Assembly: GCA_002633005.1 (NCBI GenBank) | Contig: NMRA01000032.1 | Location: 290,911 to 354,910 of the forward strand | Source of the DNA: Phoronis australis | Lineage: Eukaryota > Animalia > Phoronida | Direction: 5' to 3' | Length of the DNA stretch: 64,000 nucleotides | Shown: positions 60,201 to 64,000 of the stretch, one piece after another | Layout of the letters: each line of letters starts with the position of its first letter | How positions within the stretch are numbered: the stretch's first letter is position 1 | Program-made: the position numbers and the translations under genes | The notes under the pieces: model-generated | Told to the model about the DNA's origin: nothing | The model's database searches: none | Seen by the model: only the letters and a program-made list of their open reading frames with translations

Positions 60201-62536
60201 GTTTGACTCTACAATTAATAGTGGTGCACTTAGCAAAGTGGATTCCAATTTTGTTCTTCATGGAGTGCGACAGTATGCAACTAGCCGTGTTGTTCATAGG
60301 GGTCACAATTACTATTACATAAGATCCAGCTTTTAGGCGAAAGGCAAATGATTTCCAATATCAATTACTCACTTAATACATGTACTTGGCAGAACTCCCA
60401 GTTAAAGGATAGATTTGACCCCGGCAATTTCTACACAGGTCATGAAAATAACCCATACAGTGAGCTTCCATTAATCACTTTTTTCACATTCCCTCCACCA
60501 AGACTGTACGATAATGCTCACAAGAAAGATTACCTGCGACAATCCTCCTATCTAGTGTAAATTATGATTGAAAAATAGACTCGTATTTTGTCAAATTTCG
60601 TACCAAATATTACAATTACAATAAAAAAATTCTCCCGTTTGGAAGTGTCTAAATTTTCAGTCAAAATTGAATTTTCTTCATTCTTAAGATTGGCAGTGGG
60701 CGATTTTGGCATTCATCATATTTCTGAGATGTTGACATTGAGATGCGCATCAACAACAGAGTGTGACAATTAACTTGGCAGTTCATAAAATGTTGAAGAA
60801 AATAGCCACCGATGCAACATTTTCATGCGTCATCGTTGTGTGTAACTCCAAGGTGAATGACCCATCTTTGTCATGTAATAGCAATTCACAAATTCCAACA
60901 TTGCTTATTTCTAGAATTTGATACAATATTTGAGCTACAACAGAGTAGCAAATTTTTCACTCTTCCAAACTGAAGAATTTTGATGTAAGAAAATTCTGCT
61001 ATCCTCACTACTGCAGGTTTTACACTGCATACAGCTCTATACATACAACACAAGGTTCACTTGCATCGATGACACAGCTGTCAAATTTTAAACAGGGACG
61101 ACGGAGGTTATAGGTAGTCTAAAATTTGGAACAGCCTGATCACCATGCCACCTAGTGTCCAATAACTTCGGAAGACGGCTGCTGACTGGAGCCGAAACTC
61201 CCAAGGAATTATGTTCTTTCTGGTTGTGAAAACAAGAAACTATTAATCATCTATTCTACCAACTATTTAATGACGACACAGCCAGTCTTTGCAAAAATGG
61301 AGGTATGACGTTTTGGCAATTTCGTGGCCAATCAACTAAAGGACTACCACAGTGTTGTTGATTATTATGGCAAATGAAGAAAATTTATTCACCTGTGCTG
61401 AACGATGATCATTAGGAGGTACTTATGTGTAAAGGTATCTCCCTATGACATCTGAATAGATTGACAGAATAAAACTGGATAGAGTTCAGAGAACAGTCTC
61501 GGGGCAGGAAAAATCTAACCAAAATCATGTGTTCTCATTTAAAATAGACGGCAAAATCTCGCTGAATCTCACGAAGTCTTGCATTTCTAGCGAAGTCCTA
61601 GCAAAATCCTAGCGTTATCGAACTGACCCCATTCGTTAGTATGGGGGCTTCCCTATAACAAGGGTACCATGTGACATTATGAAGGCATGGATCTCCACGA
61701 GTAGGACCCTTTTTGTTACACAACCGCCACCTAGTGGACTTCGAGTTCCAACTTGGGAGCAAACAATTCTCTCCTCCAAGTTCTGATTTTCACAGGATGT
61801 TTGATTTATGTTTATCTCATCAGAATGAGATAATGGTCTAGTTATTGGAAAAGGGCTTTTATGTGGTGAATGACAAAATTAAGGTCAGAAATGACAGGTA
61901 ATTACCTTCTCTGTCTCAAGCAATGGCAATAAGTACAAAATATGTTGACAGATAAATCCTTGATGGATACCGGATACCAGAGAGGAAACATAACTAAGAC
62001 AGGTTTTAAGTGAATTAATACAACTAATCTAGGCTTCAATGTTGTGCGGATGGAACACTTGAATTGAACATACCGTATTCTACCGGGTTAATGCCCAGAG
62101 TACTTAAATTTAAAAACTAGAAATCAGGGGTGCTTAAAATTAAATTTTTTGAGAGAAGTCGAAGTGTGGGTGCTTAACCCAATGGTCAATCAGTGTAATG
62201 GAGATACATTTACAACACACTTCATGTGAAACAATCAGAAAAAAAACACTGCTGGAATGTAGACAAGCTGGTTGCGAAAAATCTTGTAATTCACGGGTAG
62301 GTGGGCAGACCATCAGGGAAACTTGTTACTGAGCAGATAAGGCACACAACTGGGTCCCTTTAAGTCCACCCTTTGAACTTGATTCAAATAAATACTTAAT
62401 TTCCTTAAAAAGAATTTACCTTGCCAGAAAGATTTTCCAAACAGCAATGCCTGTTACCGAATCCTTCGGCAGCGAGACTGACTCTGTCCGACCCATGGTC
62501 TTTTGTAGCAACACAGCTCAGGCAAATATTGTCATT
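82..62536 (-). CDS. RyR: Ryanodine receptor gene (partial: second coding exon to RyR repeat 4; 58 core exons, ~2,965 codons)
   Basis: Spliced exons give hallmark RyR motifs in the correct order: [132 protein letters not shown]. Intron phases match at all 57 junctions (56 GT-AG, one GC-AG). Confidence 0.98.
454..953. mobile_element. Non-autonomous DNA transposon (MITE, hAT-like ends)
   Basis: 13-bp TIR with one mismatch (CAGGGCTTGGAAT ... ATTCCAAGCTCTG), exact 6-bp direct repeat TGTTAC on both sides (448-453, 954-959), repeated (C)GCGGA(AA) subterminal motifs, no transposase ORF. Confidence 0.75.
1138..1257 (-). CDS. RyR: RyR exon E57
   Basis: ttctag|...|gtaagg, 120 nt; [40 protein letters not shown]. 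Confidence 0.92.
2408..2497 (-). CDS. RyR: RyR exon E56
   Basis: ttgcag|...|gtttgt, 90 nt; [30 protein letters not shown]. Confidence 0.92.
2974..3052 (-). CDS. RyR: RyR exon E55 (RyR repeat 3)
   Basis: ttacag|...|gtttgt, 79 nt; [26 protein letters not shown]. Confidence 0.92.
3623..3786 (-). CDS. RyR: RyR exon E54
   Basis: ttctag|...|gtaagt, 164 nt; [27 protein letters not shown]...YSPRPVNT. Confidence 0.94.
4225..4362 (-). CDS. RyR: RyR exon E53
   Basis: ctgcag|...|gtaagt, 138 nt; [13 protein letters not shown]...[23 protein letters not shown]. Confidence 0.94.
5308..5398 (-). CDS. RyR: RyR exon E52
   Basis: ttttag|...|gtgaga, 91 nt; [30 protein letters not shown]. Confidence 0.93.
6122..6345 (-). 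CDS. RyR: RyR exon E51
   Basis: ttgcag|...|gtgagg, 224 nt; [21 protein letters not shown]...[13 protein letters not shown]. Confidence 0.94.
7205..7374 (-). CDS. RyR: RyR exon E50
   Basis: ttgcag|...|gtgagt, 170 nt; [19 protein letters not shown]...[18 protein letters not shown]. Confidence 0.94.
7698..7954 (-). CDS. RyR: RyR exon E49
   Basis: aaacag|...|gtaggt, 257 nt; [29 protein letters not shown]...[10 protein letters not shown]. Confidence 0.93.
8201..8412. mobile_element. Degenerate MITE-like inverted-repeat element
   Basis: Left end CCGGTTTCCACCTATAGTTTTAGTC pairs imperfectly with right end GACTAAAACTAGGTAGTAAAACT; no clear TSD. Confidence 0.4.
9114..9134 (-). CDS. RyR: Candidate RyR micro-exon (21 nt)
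   Basis: ttttttgttcacccag|AAAAACCAAACCTGCTGAAAG|gtacga; phase 2-2, no stop; adds (G/R)KTKPAE. Confidence 0.45.
9615..9846 (-). CDS. RyR: RyR exon E48 (alternative in-frame donor at 9621)
   Basis: tttcag|[28 protein letters not shown]...; two phase-2 donors 6 nt apart (gtacgg / gtaagg). Confidence 0.9.
10166..10405 (-). CDS. RyR: RyR exon E47
   Basis: ttccag|...|gtatga, 240 nt; [27 protein letters not shown]...[26 protein letters not shown]. Confidence 0.95.
10972..11156 (-). CDS. RyR: RyR exon E46
   Basis: tttcag|...|gtaact, 185 nt; [34 protein letters not shown]. Confidence 0.92.
11319..11483 (-). CDS. RyR: RyR exon E45
   Basis: ttacag|...|gtatga, 165 nt; [32 protein letters not shown]. 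Confidence 0.9.
11805..11953 (-). CDS. RyR: RyR exon E44
   Basis: ttccag|...|gtgagg, 149 nt; [12 protein letters not shown]...[17 protein letters not shown]. Confidence 0.93.
12236..12360 (-). CDS. RyR: RyR exon E43
   Basis: ttctag|...|gtaagg, 125 nt; [14 protein letters not shown]...[18 protein letters not shown]. Confidence 0.93.
13210..13330 (-). CDS. RyR: RyR exon E42
   Basis: tttaag|...|gtattt, 121 nt, phase 0-1; [40 protein letters not shown]. Confidence 0.82.
13629..13710 (+). mobile_element. Degenerate tRNA-derived SINE-like head (related copies at ~31160-31250 and ~4735-4800)
   Basis: Shared motifs TTTTAGCT (two of the three copies), CTGCAAC, a B-box-like GG(T)TT(C/T)RATT and GATCTCA/AAAAT; no intact cloverleaf. 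Confidence 0.4.
14167..14307 (-). CDS. RyR: RyR exon E41
   Basis: ttgtag|...|gtatag, 141 nt; [10 protein letters not shown]...[27 protein letters not shown]. Confidence 0.88.
14607..14857 (-). CDS. RyR: RyR exon E40
   Basis: ctgtag|...|gtgagc, 251 nt; [16 protein letters not shown]...LRHRVEAI...[11 protein letters not shown]. Confidence 0.94.
15275..15390 (-). CDS. RyR: RyR exon E39
   Basis: ctacag|...|gtaaga, 116 nt; [38 protein letters not shown]. Confidence 0.92.
15990..16145 (-). CDS. RyR: RyR exon E38
   Basis: ttccag|...|gtgagt, 156 nt; CPEFPLDKL...[14 protein letters not shown]. Confidence 0.92.
16689..16950 (-). CDS. RyR: RyR exon E37
   Basis: ttgcag|...|gtcggt, 262 nt; [22 protein letters not shown]...NHEYIVPL...SVSIRPK. 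Confidence 0.9.
16879..17130 (-). repeat. 72-bp tandem triplication of the E37 acceptor/exon start
   Basis: Junction equivalents at 17094, 17022 and 16950, exactly 72 nt apart; translated copies VLG*MHIGLH / [10 protein letters not shown] / [10 protein letters not shown]. Confidence 0.8.
17345..17466 (-). CDS. RyR: RyR exon E36
   Basis: tttcag|...|gtaagt, 122 nt; [40 protein letters not shown]. Confidence 0.92.
17951..18032 (-). CDS. RyR: RyR exon E35
   Basis: ttccag|...|gtaagt, 82 nt; [26 protein letters not shown]. Confidence 0.93.
18764..18872. repeat. Minisatellite, ~20-23 bp unit x5
   Basis: Repeats of CA(C/A)GTCTGCTTATT(C)GAG..., with alternating short and long units. Confidence 0.85.
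19208..19394 (-). CDS. RyR: RyR exon E34
   Basis: tttcag|...|gtattc, 187 nt; [10 protein letters not shown]...[10 protein letters not shown]...WMRVPN...[12 protein letters not shown]. Confidence 0.92.
20554..20640 (-). CDS. RyR: RyR exon E33
   Basis: caccag|...|gtaaga, 87 nt; [29 protein letters not shown]. Confidence 0.93.
21485..21665 (-). CDS. RyR: RyR exon E32 (SPRY3)
   Basis: ttttag|...|gtaaat, 181 nt; [12 protein letters not shown]...[23 protein letters not shown]. Confidence 0.93.
21918..22581 (-). CDS. RyR: RyR exon E31 (DR2 linker + SPRY3)
   Basis: taacag|...|gtaatt, 664 nt; [10 protein letters not shown]...[12 protein letters not shown]...[21 protein letters not shown]. Confidence 0.92.
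22991..23020 (-). CDS. RyR: Candidate RyR micro-exon C3 in DR2 (10 codons)
   Basis: ttttttctctgcttgaag|...|gtgagt, 30 nt, phase 1-1; FVESTASNQ. Confidence 0.45.
25316..25435 (-). CDS. RyR: Candidate RyR cassette exon C2 in DR2 (40 codons)
   Basis: tttcttgtag|...|gtaagt, 120 nt, phase 1-1, no stop; [39 protein letters not shown]. Confidence 0.6.
25958..25992. repeat. (GCAC)n/(CA)n microsatellite
   Basis: acgcacgcacgcacgcacacgcacacgcacacacg. Confidence 0.85.
26967..27314 (-). CDS. RyR: Candidate RyR cassette exon C1 in DR2 (116 codons)
   Basis: ttttcag|...|gtacaa, 348 nt, phase 1-1, no stop; Ser/Arg-rich [10 protein letters not shown]...RQDSETSS...KRESSMRKL. No recognisable homology. Confidence 0.65.
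28123..28208 (-). CDS. RyR: RyR exon E30 (start of DR2 linker)
   Basis: ctgcag|...|gtgaga, 86 nt, phase 2-1, which bridges E29 to E31; [28 protein letters not shown]. Confidence 0.78.
28738..28898 (-). repeat. Minisatellite (6 copies, ~25-28 bp) built from the E29 exon end and donor
   Basis: Minus-strand unit ACTACCACCAG|GT..AGTTGA.TTGT; the first copy is the real exon/intron junction. Confidence 0.88.
28888..29010 (-). CDS. RyR: RyR exon E29
   Basis: ttttag|...|gtgagt, 123 nt; [40 protein letters not shown]. Confidence 0.9.
29358..29462 (-). CDS. RyR: RyR exon E28 (ends at a GC donor)
   Basis: tcacag|[34 protein letters not shown]|gcaagt, 105 nt; only the GC donor gives the phase 2 needed by E29. 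Confidence 0.85.
29772..29836 (-). CDS. RyR: RyR exon E27
   Basis: tttcag|...|gtaagc, 65 nt; [21 protein letters not shown]. Confidence 0.93.
31991..32127 (-). CDS. RyR: RyR exon E26 (SPRY2)
   Basis: tttcag|...|gtctgt, 137 nt; [19 protein letters not shown]...RINFGQ. Confidence 0.92.
33787..34004 (-). CDS. RyR: RyR exon E25 (SPRY2)
   Basis: tgccag|...|gtacgt, 218 nt; [17 protein letters not shown]...[17 protein letters not shown]. Confidence 0.94.
34390..34493. repeat. Minisatellite, 20-bp unit x5
   Basis: AACATACATCCCATAATACA repeated five times with few substitutions. Confidence 0.92.
34624..34708 (-). CDS. RyR: RyR exon E24
   Basis: acccag|...|gtgagc, 85 nt; [27 protein letters not shown]. 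Confidence 0.88.
36025..36107 (-). CDS. RyR: RyR exon E23 (alternative in-frame donor would extend it to 36013)
   Basis: ttccag|[27 protein letters not shown]; two phase-1 donors 12 nt apart (gtaaaa / gtttgt), so the exon end is ambiguous. Confidence 0.85.
36367..36746. mobile_element. Possible degenerate MITE
   Basis: Imperfect inverted ends GTAACTAG / TAGTTAC and internal inverted pair AGCTCAGCTCATAAG / CTATAAGCTGAGCT. Confidence 0.3.
36805..37038 (-). CDS. RyR: RyR exon E22 (RyR repeat 2)
   Basis: ttatag|...|gtaaag, 234 nt; [15 protein letters not shown]...[21 protein letters not shown]...PHLVPY. Confidence 0.93.
37339..37425 (-). CDS. RyR: RyR exon E21
   Basis: ttacag|...|gtaaga, 87 nt; [28 protein letters not shown]. 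Confidence 0.92.
   Translation of the reverse strand, partial: NSYSSGLSHISQCRRTREYASEDLETSK
37788..37891 (-). CDS. RyR: RyR exon E20
   Basis: atgtag|...|gtagga, 104 nt; [34 protein letters not shown]. Confidence 0.92.
38205..38309 (-). CDS. RyR: RyR exon E19 (RyR repeat 1)
   Basis: gtgtag|...|gtaagt, 105 nt; [35 protein letters not shown]. Confidence 0.94.
38568..38761. repeat. Degenerate ~22-bp tandem repeat
   Basis: Recurrent AAAGAAACTTTACAGTGTAGTT-like units. Confidence 0.65.
38870..39080 (-). CDS. RyR: RyR exon E18
   Basis: ctgcag|...|gtaagt, 211 nt; [17 protein letters not shown]...[10 protein letters not shown]. Confidence 0.93.
39431..39620 (-). CDS. RyR: RyR exon E17 (SPRY1)
   Basis: tcatag|...|gtaatt, 190 nt; GKVRPV...[11 protein letters not shown]...[13 protein letters not shown]. 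Confidence 0.93.
40680..40918 (-). CDS. RyR: RyR exon E16 (SPRY1)
   Basis: cttcag|...|gtaagt, 239 nt; MQPNIFLG...YKKWYYEV...[30 protein letters not shown]. Confidence 0.95.
41623..41756 (-). CDS. RyR: RyR exon E15
   Basis: tttcag|...|gtaaga, 134 nt; [38 protein letters not shown]. Confidence 0.94.
42404..42627 (-). CDS. RyR: RyR exon E14
   Basis: tgacag|...|gtgagt, 224 nt; [14 protein letters not shown]...[18 protein letters not shown]...HGRDPK. Confidence 0.94.
42970..43105 (-). CDS. RyR: RyR exon E13
   Basis: tgacag|...|gtttgt, 136 nt; [13 protein letters not shown]...[15 protein letters not shown]. Confidence 0.92.
43186..43644. other. Assembly gap (459 N) inside the E12-E13 intron
   Basis: Run of N; the flanking exons join as ...FQEE|GIITL, so no conserved exon is missing. 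Confidence 0.97.
43738..43927 (-). CDS. RyR: RyR exon E12 (RIH/NTD-C)
   Basis: tattag|...|gtaggg, 190 nt; ALDVLRTEG...[12 protein letters not shown]...[14 protein letters not shown]. Confidence 0.93.
44479..44600 (-). CDS. RyR: RyR exon E11
   Basis: tcccag|...|gtgagt, 122 nt; [40 protein letters not shown]. Confidence 0.93.
44905..45072 (-). CDS. RyR: RyR exon E10 (MIR)
   Basis: gttcag|...|gtatgc, 168 nt; [39 protein letters not shown]...EEKQ. Confidence 0.92.
46104..46260 (-). CDS. RyR: RyR exon E9 (MIR)
   Basis: tttcag|...|gtttgt, 157 nt; [25 protein letters not shown]...FYLRESK. Confidence 0.92.
46807..46881 (-). CDS. RyR: RyR exon E8 (MIR)
   Basis: ttccag|...|gtaagt, 75 nt; [24 protein letters not shown]. 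Confidence 0.93.
47664..47757 (-). CDS. RyR: RyR exon E7 (MIR/NTD-B)
   Basis: ttacag|...|gtacgt, 94 nt; [30 protein letters not shown]. Confidence 0.92.
48602..48698 (-). CDS. RyR: RyR exon E6
   Basis: tttcag|...|gtatct, 97 nt; [32 protein letters not shown]. Confidence 0.9.
50318..50430 (-). CDS. RyR: RyR exon E5
   Basis: tttcag|...|gtaatt, 113 nt; [38 protein letters not shown]. Confidence 0.95.
51010..51085 (-). CDS. RyR: RyR exon E4
   Basis: ttgcag|...|gtgagc, 76 nt; [25 protein letters not shown]. Confidence 0.93.
52154..52299. mobile_element. Short MITE-like element; related copy at ~61475-61631
   Basis: Imperfect TIR CTGGGTCGAGTTCCGTAGA / TCTACGGAATGCCTGCCAG; both copies begin AAACTGG...GAGTTC and share AATCTCACG(T/A)AGTCTTGCAT. 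Confidence 0.55.
54806..54883 (-). CDS. RyR: RyR exon E3
   Basis: tttcag|...|gtaagt, 78 nt; [26 protein letters not shown]. Confidence 0.93.
55400..55498 (-). CDS. RyR: RyR exon E2
   Basis: ttgtag|...|gtaaag, 99 nt; [33 protein letters not shown]. Confidence 0.93.
61475..61631. mobile_element. Second, more diverged copy of the 52154-52299 MITE-like family
   Basis: Shared start CTGG...GAGTTC and core AATCTCACGAAGTCTTGCAT. Confidence 0.45.
62420..62536 (-). CDS. RyR: RyR exon E1 (numbered within this window), N-terminal domain A
   Basis: tttacag|...|gtaaat, 117 nt, phase 0-0; [39 protein letters not shown]. Confidence 0.93.
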
Positions 62537-64000
62537 CTGTAAATAAAGCAGTGATAGGTTTGTATGAAGAATCGCACAAACATAGACTGATATCTACATT
62601 TCTATTCTTTCGGACATTAAGTAAGATATACTTCCTCACCTCAAACTTTTTTACCAGGATAAATAGTGACTTTTGTATTAATAGTGCTATGACTAAATGA
62701 ATTATTCATGGTGGGAAGATTTCATTTGAGACTCACCTGAAGCACTAACTGAGCTTTTGTGAAAAAAGATGAAGTATTGCTATCGATATCGAGTCCTTAC
62801 ACAAATTATCAATTTCTAATCTCAATCATTATTCAGTTTTGCCATTTCGTTTTGAATATCATGAACTAGCACGAAAGACATAGCATCTAACATGAATAGA
62901 TTTCCACAATTATTCCATAATTTTCATGAAATACAGAAGATTAAAAAAGATACAAAAGATGTCCACTTTTGAGCAATTAACAAAGGCATCTATTTGTTGT
63001 TTCAATCACATTTTCAGCACAAAAGATAGATCTTTAAAGTCACTGTATCACAGTGATAAAAAAGTTAGTTCAAAAAGTCGCAACAAGGAGCAGATATTTC
63101 TTTATGAATTTTTTCCACATCAAGTGATGTTTTGACTGAAGTCAGAAGAGAACATAATGCAATAATCAGTCATCCCTGGCGTACTCATATCATGCTTAAA
63201 AGCCCATGCGAAAGATAGTTCACTCCCCACAGCCACAGCACCCAGTCTTGTGTGCCTAGCACATGTGTTCTTGTGGTTATTTTCCTGTTTTAGCCAGGAA
63301 GAAGTCATTTTCTAATGAATTCTTTTTATTAACAACAACTGATTGTATGAGTTTTTGGTCCCGGAATTGAGTGCCCCGAGAGAACAATGTTGTGTCTCTC
63401 GCCAGATATCCACTAACTACACGTTTTTACATTTTTGGTTAATATTACGAAGCTTCTTTCGTATACCAGAACATGTGAAGTGTCCTCTCATGGCCATAAC
63501 TGATTGGTGGAGTATCACAAACAATAAAGTATTGAATACAAAAACATCAAGAGATCTAAAATATTTATTGCTGTTTACCAAACTATTAAATACGCAGATA
63601 TTTTGACTTTATCTGAACGGAGCCAATATATCCCGTGCATTCAACAAAACTTGTGAAAGAGGGGATGTTGCCGTATTTATCACTAATGAATCACCTATAG
63701 CAAGACAAAAAAATGATCATACCACGGATAGGAATTACAGTTTGTTTGACACAGCAAACCTCCAATTAATTATAGGAAGGTGTTATGATGTGTCTAGTTG
63801 AGTCAGTGTCTGTGTTCACAAATTGTTGGATGAGTAACAACTAATAAGATATCTGGTTTTCCACAATATCAAAAAAGGGACAGAATTCATGGACTTCTTT
63901 CAAGGAATTAAGAGATTTAGAAACTAAGTAAAATTCCATATTTCTGTAACGGATACCATTATTCCAATATTTTTGTTCATTTTTAATTACCAAAAATTAC

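Noticed and set aside
62071-62180. TACCGTA-starting segments (also ~3297 and ~34251) resembling Tc1/mariner MITE ends
   Set aside because: I could not find matching opposite TIRs or TSDs, so boundaries cannot be supported.
62730-64000. Possible RyR first coding exon (donor CAG|GTGAGT at ~62736)
   Set aside because: No upstream frame resembles the RyR N-terminus ending in FLRT, so exon 1 is probably outside the window.

Overview
AT-rich eukaryotic (invertebrate animal) genomic DNA occupied end to end by one large intron-rich gene on the minus strand: a ryanodine receptor (RyR) Ca2+-release channel. I traced 58 core coding exons by hand between 62536 and 82. They total about 8.9 kb (about 2,965 codons) and splice into one open frame with matching intron phases. 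They encode the N-terminal beta-trefoil/MIR and RIH domains, SPRY1, RyR repeats 1-2, SPRY2, SPRY3, the junctional and bridging solenoids, and RyR repeats 3-4. The first coding exon lies beyond 64000, and the central and transmembrane domains lie before position 1. One intron (29011-29357) must use a GC donor. The introns hold candidate in-frame cassette or micro-exons, three of them in the divergent region 2 (DR2) linker, and in-frame tandem donors. Two splice junctions have been tandemly duplicated, creating decoy splice sites that lead to stop codons. A stop-containing exon-like segment carries a downstream in-frame ATG. There are also MITE- and SINE-like elements, minisatellites and a 459-nt assembly gap. 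No prokaryotic features, CRISPR arrays, rRNA or intact tRNA genes were seen. The unusual observations concern RyR splicing architecture and are unvalidated without RNA data. I found no convincing evidence of a wholly new biological system.
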